NCBI GenBank assembly: GCA_038062015.1
Contig: JBBTXZ010000003.1
Location: 7,857 to 71,856 of the forward strand
Length of the DNA: 64,000 bases
Source of the DNA: Patescibacteria group bacterium
GTDB lineage: Bacteria > Patescibacteriota > Minisyncoccia > 2-02-FULL-40-12
Direction: 5' to 3'
Shown: piece by piece, positions 55,279 to 64,000 of the stretch
How the letters are laid out: each line of letters opens with the position of its first letter
Position numbering within the stretch: position 1 is the stretch's first letter
Notes under the pieces: model-generated
Told to the model about the DNA's origin: nothing
Seen by the model: the letters and a program-made list of their open reading frames with translations, nothing else
Databases searched by the model: none
Translations under genes and position numbers: made by a program

Positions 55279-56631
55279 TTACTTAACTTGCGGCAGTCCA
55301 AAACCGGTGGCGTCATCGTCGCCAAGAGACCAAATATCTTTAGCCATCTGGTGAAGTAAGTCACGGGTAGCTGAAGCTCTTCCCCCTTCCAAGGCAGTTA
55401 GCTGCCAAAACTTAGCTGCCAGACCAGCTATATGCGGCGAAGCCATCGAGGTCCCGGATAAAACTGCGTAGCCGCCGTTTTTCCAGGTTGACTCAATACT
55501 AACTCCGGGCGCGCCGAATTCCATATCTTTCTCTTCAACTACATAGGCCTGAGTTAATGGGTTTATGCCTCGCGAACTCCAGTCAGGAACAGAAATTGAA
55601 ATATCTATCGCCCCAACGGCAATAGCATTAGTATTAGCCGCCGGATAATCAATACTCGCCGGATAAGGACCGTCATTGCCTCCGGCGGCAACGATTAAAA
55701 CATCTTTCGAAACGGCATAATCCATGGCTTCCCGAATCAACAAACTCTCGGCATCACCTCCCAAACTCATATTTATAACATTTGCTCCGTTATCAGCGGC
55801 AACTCTTATTGCATAGGCAATATCATCAGCCCAACAAGAACCGTCATTGCCGCAGACTTTATAGCTGAATAAGTTCGCTTCTGGGGCCACTCCGTAGATT
55901 CCTAATTTGTCAGAACCGGCGTCAGCCAAAATAATTCCCGAAACATGGGTGCCGTGGCCATGTTTATCTTCACAAGATCCATCTTTGACAAGAACTTTTA
56001 GAGAAGTAAAATCCTTGCATTGCTTGACTCTATTCTTTAAATCAGGATGAGTCTTTAAAACTCCAGTATCTAAAACCGCCACATTTACATTGGCGCCGCC
56101 GGAAGTCGAAGTTATGGCTGAATTATTATAAATAAGAGCGATGCCCCAAGGAGTTTCATCTGAAGGTATTGGCCGGGTTCTTCTGACTTTGGCCTTGATG
56201 CTTTCTAAAATATCAATCTTATCTTGATTTTTTTCTTCGCTTTTTTCTTCGCTGGTAATGACCGGCTCTTCACTGGGCAAAGGTTCTAGCGGTGTTTGAA
56301 TCGCCTTCGGCAAAACATGAAGCTGACCAACCGGCTCGACTTCCACTCCAAAAATTTTAGTTAAGGTCAGCTGAATTCCTGATAAATCTGTAGTAAATCC
56401 GTCATCAAAAGAATGTCTTTTACCAAAACTTTTCTCCCAAAATTGATTTTTAGTTTTAATAAAATAGCGAGGGCCGTCTTGATCTAAAATGGCGGCAGTT
56501 GTATTTGCGGCCTGGGCCTGAAAAGAACCAAAAAAGAAACAGGCATATAAAATATATGCCGATAAAACACCCCAAAATATTGAGTTTTTAGATGCTTGGA
56601 GCCTTATCACGAACGATATTAACCTTATCAA
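55279..56631 (-). CDS. Secreted subtilisin-like serine protease (S8)
   Basis: VAVLDTGV (Asp), HGTHVSG (His), GTSMASPHIAG (Ser). Confidence 0.85.
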   Translation of the reverse strand: MIRLISFVIRLQASKNSIFWGVLSAYILYACFFFGSFQAQAANTTAAILDQDGPRYFIKTKNQFWEKSFGKRHSFDDGFTTDLSGIQLTLTKIFGVEVEPVGQLHVLPKAIQTPLEPLPSEEPVITSEEKSEEKNQDKIDILESIKAKVRRTRPIPSDETPWGIALIYNNSAITSTSGGANVNVAVLDTGVLKTHPDLKNRVKQCKDFTSLKVLVKDGSCEDKHGHGTHVSGIILADAGSDKLGIYGVAPEANLFSYKVCGNDGSCWADDIAYAIRVAADNGANVINMSLGGDAESLLIREAMDYAVSKDVLIVAAGGNDGPYPASIDYPAANTNAIAVGAIDISISVPDWSSRGINPLTQAYVVEEKDMEFGAPGVSIESTWKNGGYAVLSGTSMASPHIAGLAAKFWQLTALEGGRASATRDLLHQMAKDIWSLGDDDATGFGLPQVK

Positions 56632-56679
56632 TCCAAACCCGTTAAGTCAAGGTAATTATCCACAGTCTGTAAGTTTAGT

Positions 56680-59205
56680 TCAGAGCAATTGCCCCTGTTT
56701 TGAAGCATTTTCCCTCTCGTCAGCTGTAAAAATCCTTATTTTTCCGTACTCGCCGTCATAACCGGGCTCAATATGAACCCGTCCATCTCTAACTTTAGTA
56801 ATACCCTCAGCGATTTCGGGCAGGGTCGATTTTTTCAAATTATCGGCCGAAGCATCAAGTAAAACATTGAACTCATTGCCAAAACTTCTAATCAATTTTT
56901 CATATTCCTGTAAAACTCTTTTAGGCCAGCCAGTATTAGAAGTGACACTAAGGCCTATTGAATCAGAAATTATTTGGTCTAAAGGAATAACATTTTTATA
57001 AGACACGCGGCTGACGGGTTTAAGGCCGCTTGGGCGGTCGGCAAGCTCGGCCACTCTGGCCAAAACGCCGACGGTTAGAGGCCTTTTACATTTAGGGCAG
57101 AGGAAATTATGTTTTTTTGTTTCTTCCGGCTCGAACGAAATATTGCATAATCGATGGCCGTCATAGTGATATTTTCCCTCTTCCGGAAAAAACTCCACGG
57201 TAAAAAGAAATTTTTTCGGATCTTTTGATTTTATTGATTCAATAATTTTGTAATAATCAAGTTCAGCGTCGAAGACATTAGCCTCCCGCCCGATTCGGGT
57301 CAACGAATGAGAATCGGAATTAGAAACTAAAGTAACGTTGTCTAATTTGGAAAGGCGCCAATTCATTGCCGGATCCGAAGAAAGACCGGTCTCAACCGCG
57401 TAAATATATTTGGACAAATCATCAAAGCATTCTTCAATTGAATCAAAACCTGATTTGGAGCCGAAAATAGAGAACCAGGGTGTCCAACAATTATGAACTG
57501 TAGCGAACTCCGTGACGTATGAATTATCATCTTCAACTTCCAGATTATAAACCGGACCTTTATAATCTTTTTCTTCAATATCCCTAACCGGCAGGTAAAC
57601 ATGATCTTTATCAATCCATCCGTGTTTAATTTTTGTTTTATAATTAAACTGTTTAAATTCCGGCTCCGACAGTAGACTAAATTTATCATCAAAAAACGTA
57701 AGACGGTTTAAGACATAACAATCGCCATTGGCCCTAATTATTCTATTTTGATATTTGTGTTTTCCCCTACTAAAATGTGACTTCATTGAATCAACGTAAA
57801 TTGACGGGACTATTCCTAACTTTAACAAAACAATTTTCATTTGATTCATTAATTCTTTTGATACGGTATAACCTTTATCTCCCCGCCACCATCCTTTAAA
57901 TAATTCTGCCAGTAATTCATCCGACAAACCTAAAAACCAGCTTGGCAACATTTTTGTATGAGCATCCTTAACTTCTTCTGAACTGTAAAAAAGTTTTTCA
58001 AAAAGCTCCTGAACTATTTTTGAGTAAAATACCAATTCTATTCCGTTCTCTTCTCTTCTTTTATAATTTTTGATTCCAAAAACAAAATCCATCAAGCTAA
58101 CCACGTCGGCAACGTAATTTTCTTCTTTTTTGCTAAACATAAAACCTATGGCATCTCTACCGTTAGTATACCCCTCTGCCATGTAGTATCCGATTAATCT
58201 GCTAAAATCCTCATTCACGTTAATTATATCCGGAACTGCTTTTGTTCGATTCCCTCTCATTAATAGTCCTTTCTGAACTGGGATTAATGATATATGACGA
58301 AGCGCCTCGGCCACAGATATAACGGAGTGATTTGAATATGCATTATTAAAACGAGGAAAAACTAAAACATCCCCCTTTTCAATATTTTCTGCCGTAACCC
58401 AAGAATGTTTATATGATTTATAGTGTTTTTTTGTACATTTTAAATAAGTTTCATGTACCGGCTTGCATATTCCTTTAGACCAGTGGCAGTTTTTTTTAGT
58501 TTTAATAACATAAAATGGATGTTCGGGCGTTACCGTCAATCCTTCTCTGAAATAATATGGTTTAATAGAAAAAACTTTTCCTTTATAAGGTCTTCTTAAA
58601 ACTTCTGTAACTTTCCTCCATCTATTTTTATGAGTAAAAACGCATTCTCCTTCTTTAATGTTTTGAATTTTTGTCAATAAGTTATTTTTTGTATGAACGG
58701 CTGTATCTGGTAATAAGCAATGAGCCGGAATAACCATTATATCCGGTGAAATTTCAAGACAGATTTCCAAAAACTTTTTTGAATCAAGACCTAGAATCGG
58801 CCGGCCGTCGGATTTCAGATTGCCGATGAAAGAAAGCTTGGCGTTTATTTTTTCGGCTGTTTCAATATCCGGAACTAAATAAAGATGATGAACTCTCCTC
58901 ACCTTCCCGCCTTTTGAGTAAATGCAGCTTATTTCGCCGGTCAGCATGAAGCGGGGCTCAGCTTCATTATCCAAGCGGCCGAATGAATCAACTTTGAATT
59001 CCTTTTTCAGCTTGAAAAGGCCCGGTTCAGCCGGCTCCAATTTTTGTTTTATTTCTTTCAGCCACAAAGGATGAGTCAAATCGCCGGTCCCCAAAACATG
59101 AATACCCTTGATTTTTGCCCACTTATCCAGATTTTCAAGCACCATTTCCGGCGACACCGCCCGCGAGTATTTTGAGTGGATCTGCATGTCTACGACTAAT
59201 TTCAT
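56680..59205 (-). CDS. EndoQ-like PHP-domain nuclease (Zn-ribbon C-terminus) interrupted by a 410-aa intein
   Basis: Extein MKLVVDMQIHSKYS...IPAH | CWTPWF...NSDSHS...CPKCKRP is about 431 aa, matching EndoQ/TIGR00375 architecture. Intein described separately. Confidence 0.6.
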   Translation of the reverse strand: MKLVVDMQIHSKYSRAVSPEMVLENLDKWAKIKGIHVLGTGDLTHPLWLKEIKQKLEPAEPGLFKLKKEFKVDSFGRLDNEAEPRFMLTGEISCIYSKGGKVRRVHHLYLVPDIETAEKINAKLSFIGNLKSDGRPILGLDSKKFLEICLEISPDIMVIPAHCLLPDTAVHTKNNLLTKIQNIKEGECVFTHKNRWRKVTEVLRRPYKGKVFSIKPYYFREGLTVTPEHPFYVIKTKKNCHWSKGICKPVHETYLKCTKKHYKSYKHSWVTAENIEKGDVLVFPRFNNAYSNHSVISVAEALRHISLIPVQKGLLMRGNRTKAVPDIINVNEDFSRLIGYYMAEGYTNGRDAIGFMFSKKEENYVADVVSLMDFVFGIKNYKRREENGIELVFYSKIVQELFEKLFYSSEEVKDAHTKMLPSWFLGLSDELLAELFKGWWRGDKGYTVSKELMNQMKIVLLKLGIVPSIYVDSMKSHFSRGKHKYQNRIIRANGDCYVLNRLTFFDDKFSLLSEPEFKQFNYKTKIKHGWIDKDHVYLPVRDIEEKDYKGPVYNLEVEDDNSYVTEFATVHNCWTPWFSIFGSKSGFDSIEECFDDLSKYIYAVETGLSSDPAMNWRLSKLDNVTLVSNSDSHSLTRIGREANVFDAELDYYKIIESIKSKDPKKFLFTVEFFPEEGKYHYDGHRLCNISFEPEETKKHNFLCPKCKRPLTVGVLARVAELADRPSGLKPVSRVSYKNVIPLDQIISDSIGLSVTSNTGWPKRVLQEYEKLIRSFGNEFNVLLDASADNLKKSTLPEIAEGITKVRDGRVHIEPGYDGEYGKIRIFTADERENASKQGQLL
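57490..58719 (-). mobile_element. Intein with LAGLIDADG homing-endonuclease domain (aa 163-572 of the host ORF)
   Basis: N-terminal splice-junction Cys in AH|CLLPDT. C-terminal TVHN|C. Two LAGLIDADG motifs: LIGYYMAEGY and LAELFKGWWRGDG. Confidence 0.75.
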
Positions 59206-59207
59206 GA

Positions 59208-59281
59208 TGTCCCCGGCGCGATTCGAACGCGCAATCTTCGGCTTCGGAGGCCGACGCTTTATCCAGTTAAGCTACGGGGAC
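59208..59281 (-). tRNA. tRNA-Arg (anticodon CCG). CCA is not encoded.
   Basis: Minus-strand GTCCCCG...TAGCTTAACTGGATAAAGC...TCGGC-CTCCGAA-GCCGA...GCGCGTTCGAATCGCGC...CGGGGAC-A cloverleaf. Confidence 0.8.
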
Positions 59282-60734
59282 TCATAGCGGCCAAGAGGCC
59301 GCTTACTAACCAAAATATAATCTGACCTTGCTGTAATGTCCAGAGAAAATGGTCAAAAAGACCTAAGAATAAAACCGAAGTAAAAATTATAAATAATGAG
59401 TAATGGAACGGCCGGTTAAAAGAAATTCTTAAATAATTTTTAATTAAAAAAAATAAAAACAATAAAAGCGCCGCCAGCCCTAAAATTCCGGTTTCGGAAA
59501 AAATCAGTAAATAAATATTATGGACCGGCTGGTAAAGATTCAGGGCAAGGCCCGGATTTTTTTCTTTCAGCCAGTTTACAAAATTACCCGGCCCAACCCC
59601 GAAAAACGGTTTCCCCTGAAAAGCAATCTGATTGTAAAAACCGCGCAAAGACAGAGCCTCTTCTTGAGGCGAAATTTTTATCCGAGCTAAAACTTGCGGC
59701 CAGAACAATAAAGAAAAAACAAATACTAAGACAAGAGTGACTAATGCCAACTTTTTAACATCCGATCTTTGAATTATCCCCCTGAATTCATTTTTCCAAT
59801 AAAGCCAGCCAAATCTATAAATAACGCCGATAAGCCAGACAAAAATTATTATCCGAGAAAAAGTGAAAAACAATCCAAAAATCAAAATTGCATAACCGAC
59901 CAGCCAAAACCATAATTCTTTCCCGCTCTTATTGATTCGGGAGATATATAGAAAATAAAAAATAAAAATTGAGATGAATAAAAAGAAGGCCAGAACATTC
60001 GGGTGGGGCAAAGTGCCGTAAGCGCGCATCACTTTCTCGCCTTCAACCGTAAATACGGCCACATTGAATAAATCGGAATTTAAAATTGTTTCGCCCAAAA
60101 ATCGCAGGCCCAAATCTGACTGTTTGACATACTGGAGAATTGATAGAATCGCCTGAAAAATTCCGGAAGCCAAAAAAACGAAAAACGCCGTCGCCAAATT
60201 AAAAACGACGCCAAGATTGGATTTTACATAAAAATACAAAAGAGAAAATTCAACAAGTTTTATTAACTGATAAAATCCGAGAGCTGGATTAATGGCATTT
60301 TTAATTGAAATTGCAGAAATTACCAAAAATCCGATTAAAAACCAGTCATAATTGAATGAAAATATATTTCTAATTTCAACACGAGTACTTTGTGACATAG
60401 CATAAAATACTCGTGTTCGTAGAAACCAGGCTAAAATAAGAGTTAAAATCAATAAATCCGTCAAATATAAAAACGCCGAATTCCATTCATTAAACCCAAT
60501 CCCCCACGAACGTAAAATCACTCTCGTCTGAAACGGAATTGAAAAAATCAAGGCATAGAAAAAAAGTTTTTCTATATTCAAGCTTTTCTGGCTATATTGG
60601 CTAAAATCCCGACTCCCAGCATTAACACTGCCAAAGCAGTGCCGCCGTAACTGATGAACGGCAAAGGAATCCCGGTCAAGGGCGCTAACCCGCTTAAAGA
60701 AGCGACATTGATAAAAGATTGGATGCCAACCCAC
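59259..60734 (-). CDS. O-antigen ligase/polymerase (Wzy_C)-like membrane protein. Start is over-called: the N-terminal ~50 aa overlap ftsW, and the likely start is TTG near 60581.
   Basis: About 10 TM helices with a large periplasmic loop, as in the RfaL/Wzy family. Confidence 0.5.
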   Translation of the reverse strand: MGWHPIFYQCRFFKRVSALDRDSFAVHQLRRHCFGSVNAGSRDFSQYSQKSLNIEKLFFYALIFSIPFQTRVILRSWGIGFNEWNSAFLYLTDLLILTLILAWFLRTRVFYAMSQSTRVEIRNIFSFNYDWFLIGFLVISAISIKNAINPALGFYQLIKLVEFSLLYFYVKSNLGVVFNLATAFFVFLASGIFQAILSILQYVKQSDLGLRFLGETILNSDLFNVAVFTVEGEKVMRAYGTLPHPNVLAFFLFISIFIFYFLYISRINKSGKELWFWLVGYAILIFGLFFTFSRIIIFVWLIGVIYRFGWLYWKNEFRGIIQRSDVKKLALVTLVLVFVFSLLFWPQVLARIKISPQEEALSLRGFYNQIAFQGKPFFGVGPGNFVNWLKEKNPGLALNLYQPVHNIYLLIFSETGILGLAALLLFLFFLIKNYLRISFNRPFHYSLFIIFTSVLFLGLFDHFLWTLQQGQIIFWLVSGLLAAMSPRSLTG

Positions 60735-61687
60735 GAGGCCAGCCCCACAGCATATAAAGAAGCAAACTTATTCCCGGCTCTTTTTGCAATTTTTAATGAA
60801 ATCGTTACAAAAAACAAAAGCATAAAAAGCACGGCAGTCATGCCGATAAAACCGAGCTCCTCCCCGATAACCGCAAAAATTGAGTCGCCTACCGGTTCAG
60901 GCAAAAAACCCAGTTTTTGTTCGCCCTTGCCAAATCCAGAACCTAAAAATCCGCCTTTGCCGATAGCGATCAAAGATTGGTTAAAATGGTAGCCGATTCC
61001 CTTGACGTCAAAATCCGGATTTAAAAGAACAAAAACCCGATCAAACCGGTAAGGTTCGAAAAATATTAAGAGAGCGAAGGCGACGGCGATTAAAAGCAGA
61101 ATCCCGACAATATGCTTAAATCCAGCGCCGGAAGCAAAAAACATTGAAATGGCAATGCCGATAATAATGCTTAAAGTCCCGATATCGGGCTGGGCGGCGA
61201 TGAGAATGCCGATGAAAAAAATAATAATAGTGAAAGCGGTGGTAGAGCCGGCGGGACGCTGAGCGCCCCAAATGGCCCCGCTAAGCGGGGCGGCGAACTT
61301 GCGGCCCTCAAGCCAACTGGCCAGGTAAATTATTAAAGTAAGCTTCAAAATTTCTGCCGGCTGAAAAGAGAAAAGATTAAAGAAGTTAACCCATCTTTTT
61401 GCGCCGCCTAAATTTATTCCAAAGCCCGGGGCGAAAACAAGAAATAAAAAGAAGACGGATCCTAGAATCAAAGGCAGGGAAATTTTTTTCCAGATTTTAT
61501 AATCCATCCTGGATGCGGCGAAAAAAAGAGCGAGGCCGGGCAAGAAACCGAAAAAAAACTGATGGCCCAAATAGTAATAATTGGTTCCGAAATTCTTCTG
61601 GGAGGGATAAATTCCGGCCGAAGAAATCATCGCCAGGCCGAAAACGATTAAAATAAAAGCAGGCCAGATTAAAGATTTTGTGTTCAT
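60578..61687 (-). CDS. ftsW: SEDS-family peptidoglycan glycosyltransferase FtsW/RodA
   Basis: GGAKRWVNF and PAE conserved SEDS motifs. 10 TM helices. Confidence 0.85.
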   Translation of the reverse strand: MNTKSLIWPAFILIVFGLAMISSAGIYPSQKNFGTNYYYLGHQFFFGFLPGLALFFAASRMDYKIWKKISLPLILGSVFFLFLVFAPGFGINLGGAKRWVNFFNLFSFQPAEILKLTLIIYLASWLEGRKFAAPLSGAIWGAQRPAGSTTAFTIIIFFIGILIAAQPDIGTLSIIIGIAISMFFASGAGFKHIVGILLLIAVAFALLIFFEPYRFDRVFVLLNPDFDVKGIGYHFNQSLIAIGKGGFLGSGFGKGEQKLGFLPEPVGDSIFAVIGEELGFIGMTAVLFMLLFFVTISLKIAKRAGNKFASLYAVGLASWVGIQSFINVASLSGLAPLTGIPLPFISYGGTALAVLMLGVGILANIARKA

Positions 61688-62790
61688 CGAAAGAGAGGCG
61701 GAATTCTTGAATCAACTAAAAATAAAATTAGCCCAAAAATCACTCCGACGGCCGAGACCATCCAAAGCCGCATCGTCACCTGGCTCTCCGGCCAGCCCAA
61801 AGCCTCAAAATGATGATGGATCGGCGTGGAAAGGAAAATTTTTCTGCCTCTGAATTTCTTCGACAAAAGCTGAATCAAAACCGAGCCGGATTCAATTACG
61901 AAGATTACCCCAATAATCGGAAGAAGAAGAGGAATATTCAGAAACATAGCGATAACGCCGATGGTCGTTCCTAAAGCCATTGCCCCGGTATCGCCCATAA
62001 AGAATTTGGCCGGATAAATATTATGCCACAAAAAAGCGATCAAGGCGCCGATGATCGAAGAAATGAAAACTACTAAATCCATCCTTTCCTGGACAAAGGC
62101 AATCACGCCCAAAGCGGTAAAAATAGTCAAAGCCACTCCGCCCAAAAGTCCGTCCAAGCCGTCCGTCTCATTAGCCGAAAAAGTACTGGCCACAATTACA
62201 AAAACAAAAAACAGCATATACCAAAAACCTAAGGTAATATCGCCGAAAAAAGGAATATTAATGAAATTCCAATCAAGCTTATAGTAAAACCACCAAGCTC
62301 CGCCTAACCCGATCAAAGTGTAAAAAACAAACCGGTCGCGCATTCTTAGTCCTCTGCCCTTTTCTCCTTTTCCTTTAATGCTCCAAATATCGTCAACTAA
62401 TCCCAATATCGCGCTTATGACTAAAGCCCCCAAAGGCAAAAAGGTCTGGCTTCTTGATAAAAAATTTAATTTTGCTAAAGAAGTTCCGGGAGAAATCTGG
62501 GCCAAAAACCAAAAACCGAAAATAATAATCAATAAAGTGGCCCAGATTATCACTCCTCCGCCTATGGGAATACCCTGTTTTTTTTGGTGGAGCTTGGAAA
62601 AAATAGGGGCCACGTCCTCTCTGATTACTTTCTTTTTGGAAAAATTGTATTTATCAAGAACTTTTTTCCAAAAAGGCGTGATAATTAAAGCAACAAAAAA
62701 ACTTATCGTGGCAACGATGAAAATGCGAAGAACATTTACAACTGTGAAAACTCCATCAACTACTTCCATATATATGATTTGGCGGCCCAC
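61684..62790 (-). CDS. mraY: Phospho-N-acetylmuramoyl-pentapeptide transferase MraY
   Basis: NETDGLDGL and HHHFE motifs. Confidence 0.9.
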   Translation of the reverse strand: MGRQIIYMEVVDGVFTVVNVLRIFIVATISFFVALIITPFWKKVLDKYNFSKKKVIREDVAPIFSKLHQKKQGIPIGGGVIIWATLLIIIFGFWFLAQISPGTSLAKLNFLSRSQTFLPLGALVISAILGLVDDIWSIKGKGEKGRGLRMRDRFVFYTLIGLGGAWWFYYKLDWNFINIPFFGDITLGFWYMLFFVFVIVASTFSANETDGLDGLLGGVALTIFTALGVIAFVQERMDLVVFISSIIGALIAFLWHNIYPAKFFMGDTGAMALGTTIGVIAMFLNIPLLLPIIGVIFVIESGSVLIQLLSKKFRGRKIFLSTPIHHHFEALGWPESQVTMRLWMVSAVGVIFGLILFLVDSRIPPLFR

Positions 62791-63707
62791 TCAACCAGTT
62801 TTTGAGCATCAAAGAATCTGCCGCTTGAACCAAGAACCACGGCAATCAAGCGGCTTGAATCACTCGGTGATTCGGTTACTAAAATCATAGATCCTCCGCT
62901 CAATTCGGTAAATCCGGTTTTGCCGCCGATAATATTGAACAGTTTTCCAAGAAGTTCATTGGTATTGAAAACTTGGTGCTTTAATTTCCCGTCAATCGAA
63001 ACAATTTCAGTCTTCTGGATTTTAAGAATGTCGTACAGATTAACGTATCTAAATGAATATTTTATCAGTTTAACCAGATCCTGGCCCGTGGAAAAGCTTT
63101 TTTGGTCGTCCAGTCCGGCCGCTTCAGTGAAAAAAGTGTCGTTCATTTCCAGCGACTCCGCTTTTTCGTTCATTTTTTCAACCAGATTGATTCCGTAATT
63201 TTTCGCCAGATGTTCTTCAAAAGCATAAGCCGCGACATTGGATGATTCTATCAACATTAATTTTAATAGGTCAGCCGCCTTTATTCTCTCGCCTTGATAC
63301 AAATCGTTTCCACCGCCTTCTTTTTCAGATTTTTCAATAACTGATTTTTTAATGATCGCAATATCGTTCAAATTCATATTTTCAATAACCGCGACTGCAG
63401 TCATAAGTTTAGTCAAAGAAGCAATCGGCATTTTAACTCCGGAGTTTTTATCAAATAAAACTTTTTCCGAGGCAAAATCGAAAAGAATAGCCGAACGGGC
63501 GAAAATATCGGGGTCCGGGATGCCCCAATCCCTGATTGGAAAATAATTGGTTTCGGCGGCTGGGAGCAGATAAGGAGCATTTTGAGGGCTGGAATCAACA
63601 TAAGGGCTTTCATCCCCCAAAGAATTGCGGACTAAAACTACTGGACTTAAAAAATTCAACCCCAAAAACAAATCCAGAATTGAAACAAAAAGGAATTTGA
63701 CAGTCAT
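62760..63707 (-). CDS. dacA: D-alanyl-D-alanine carboxypeptidase (S11, PBP5/6-like)
   Basis: ASLTKLMT (SxxK), SSN, KTGFT. Confidence 0.75.
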   Translation of the reverse strand: MTVKFLFVSILDLFLGLNFLSPVVLVRNSLGDESPYVDSSPQNAPYLLPAAETNYFPIRDWGIPDPDIFARSAILFDFASEKVLFDKNSGVKMPIASLTKLMTAVAVIENMNLNDIAIIKKSVIEKSEKEGGGNDLYQGERIKAADLLKLMLIESSNVAAYAFEEHLAKNYGINLVEKMNEKAESLEMNDTFFTEAAGLDDQKSFSTGQDLVKLIKYSFRYVNLYDILKIQKTEIVSIDGKLKHQVFNTNELLGKLFNIIGGKTGFTELSGGSMILVTESPSDSSRLIAVVLGSSGRFFDAQKLVEWAAKSYIWK

Positions 63708-63712
63708 TGCGA

Positions 63713-64000
63713 TTACTTATCTTTTTCAACTTTCAAATGCAGTTCTTTCAGCTGTTTTTTATCTATTTCCGAAGGACTTTCCATCATCGGATCCCTGGCA
63801 TCGCCGGTTTTTGGAAAGGCGATCACTTCGCGGATGTTCGGCTCATTAGCAAAAATTGATAATAACCGATCAATACCCAAAGCAATGCCTCCGTGAGGGG
63901 GACCGCCGTAAGCATATGCTTCCAAAAGGTGGCTGAATTTTTCTTTTATTTCTTCATCAGAATACCCAAGAATATTGAAAACTTTCATTTGAAGCTCGGG
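63713..64000 (-). CDS. aspS: Aspartyl-tRNA synthetase, C-terminal fragment (gene continues beyond the window end)
   Basis: GGPPHGGIALGIDRLLSIFANEPNIREVIAFPKT class II motif 3, AspRS-type. Confidence 0.7.
   Translation of the reverse strand, partial: PELQMKVFNILGYSDEEIKEKFSHLLEAYAYGGPPHGGIALGIDRLLSIFANEPNIREVIAFPKTGDARDPMMESPSEIDKKQLKELHLKVEKDK

Overview
This 64 kb window is AT-rich (about 35% GC), gene-dense, mostly minus-strand housekeeping DNA. Its content suggests a reduced-genome bacterium of the Patescibacteria/CPR type (inference). It encodes a small alpha-operon ribosomal cluster (infA-rpsM-rpsK-rpsD-rpoA-rplQ-rplM-rpsI) and many aminoacyl-tRNA synthetases (cysS, gltX, serS, lysS, proS, a short alaS, and a partial aspS). 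It also encodes cell-envelope genes (mreB x2, mrdA, ftsW, mraY, murG, dacA-like, ftsQ), proteases (lon, rseP, ctpA, a subtilisin, a presenilin-like protease), two tRNAs (Glu-CUC, Arg-CCG), a beta-class DNA methyltransferase with a neighbouring candidate endonuclease, and a Xer recombinase next to a PD-(D/E)xK nuclease.

The main novelty is a family of about 180-215 nt structured intergenic elements: four full copies and one half copy. Each sits 0-30 nt after the stop codon of a gene, in sense orientation to that gene (rplU, dnaB, def, ctpA, mnmA). The copies share a conserved core, and their closing stems differ in sequence but keep complementarity (covariation). This points to a REP/MITE-like element or a 3'UTR RNA family not explained by coding features.

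Two copies sit beside GC-rich islands (about 48-50% GC) of small hypothetical genes with near-consensus sigma70 promoters, strong SD sites and intrinsic terminators. The element half copy and full copy 1 form near-perfect 40-47 bp inverted repeats bracketing one island, giving it a composite-transposon-like architecture.

Other highlights are a 410-aa LAGLIDADG intein inside an EndoQ-like PHP nuclease, a GC-rich structured RNA candidate near 38.4 kb, an RpoA lacking the alpha-CTD, and an AlaRS lacking editing and C-terminal domains. Coordinates I derived myself (tRNAs, repeats, terminators) may be off by 1-2 nt.
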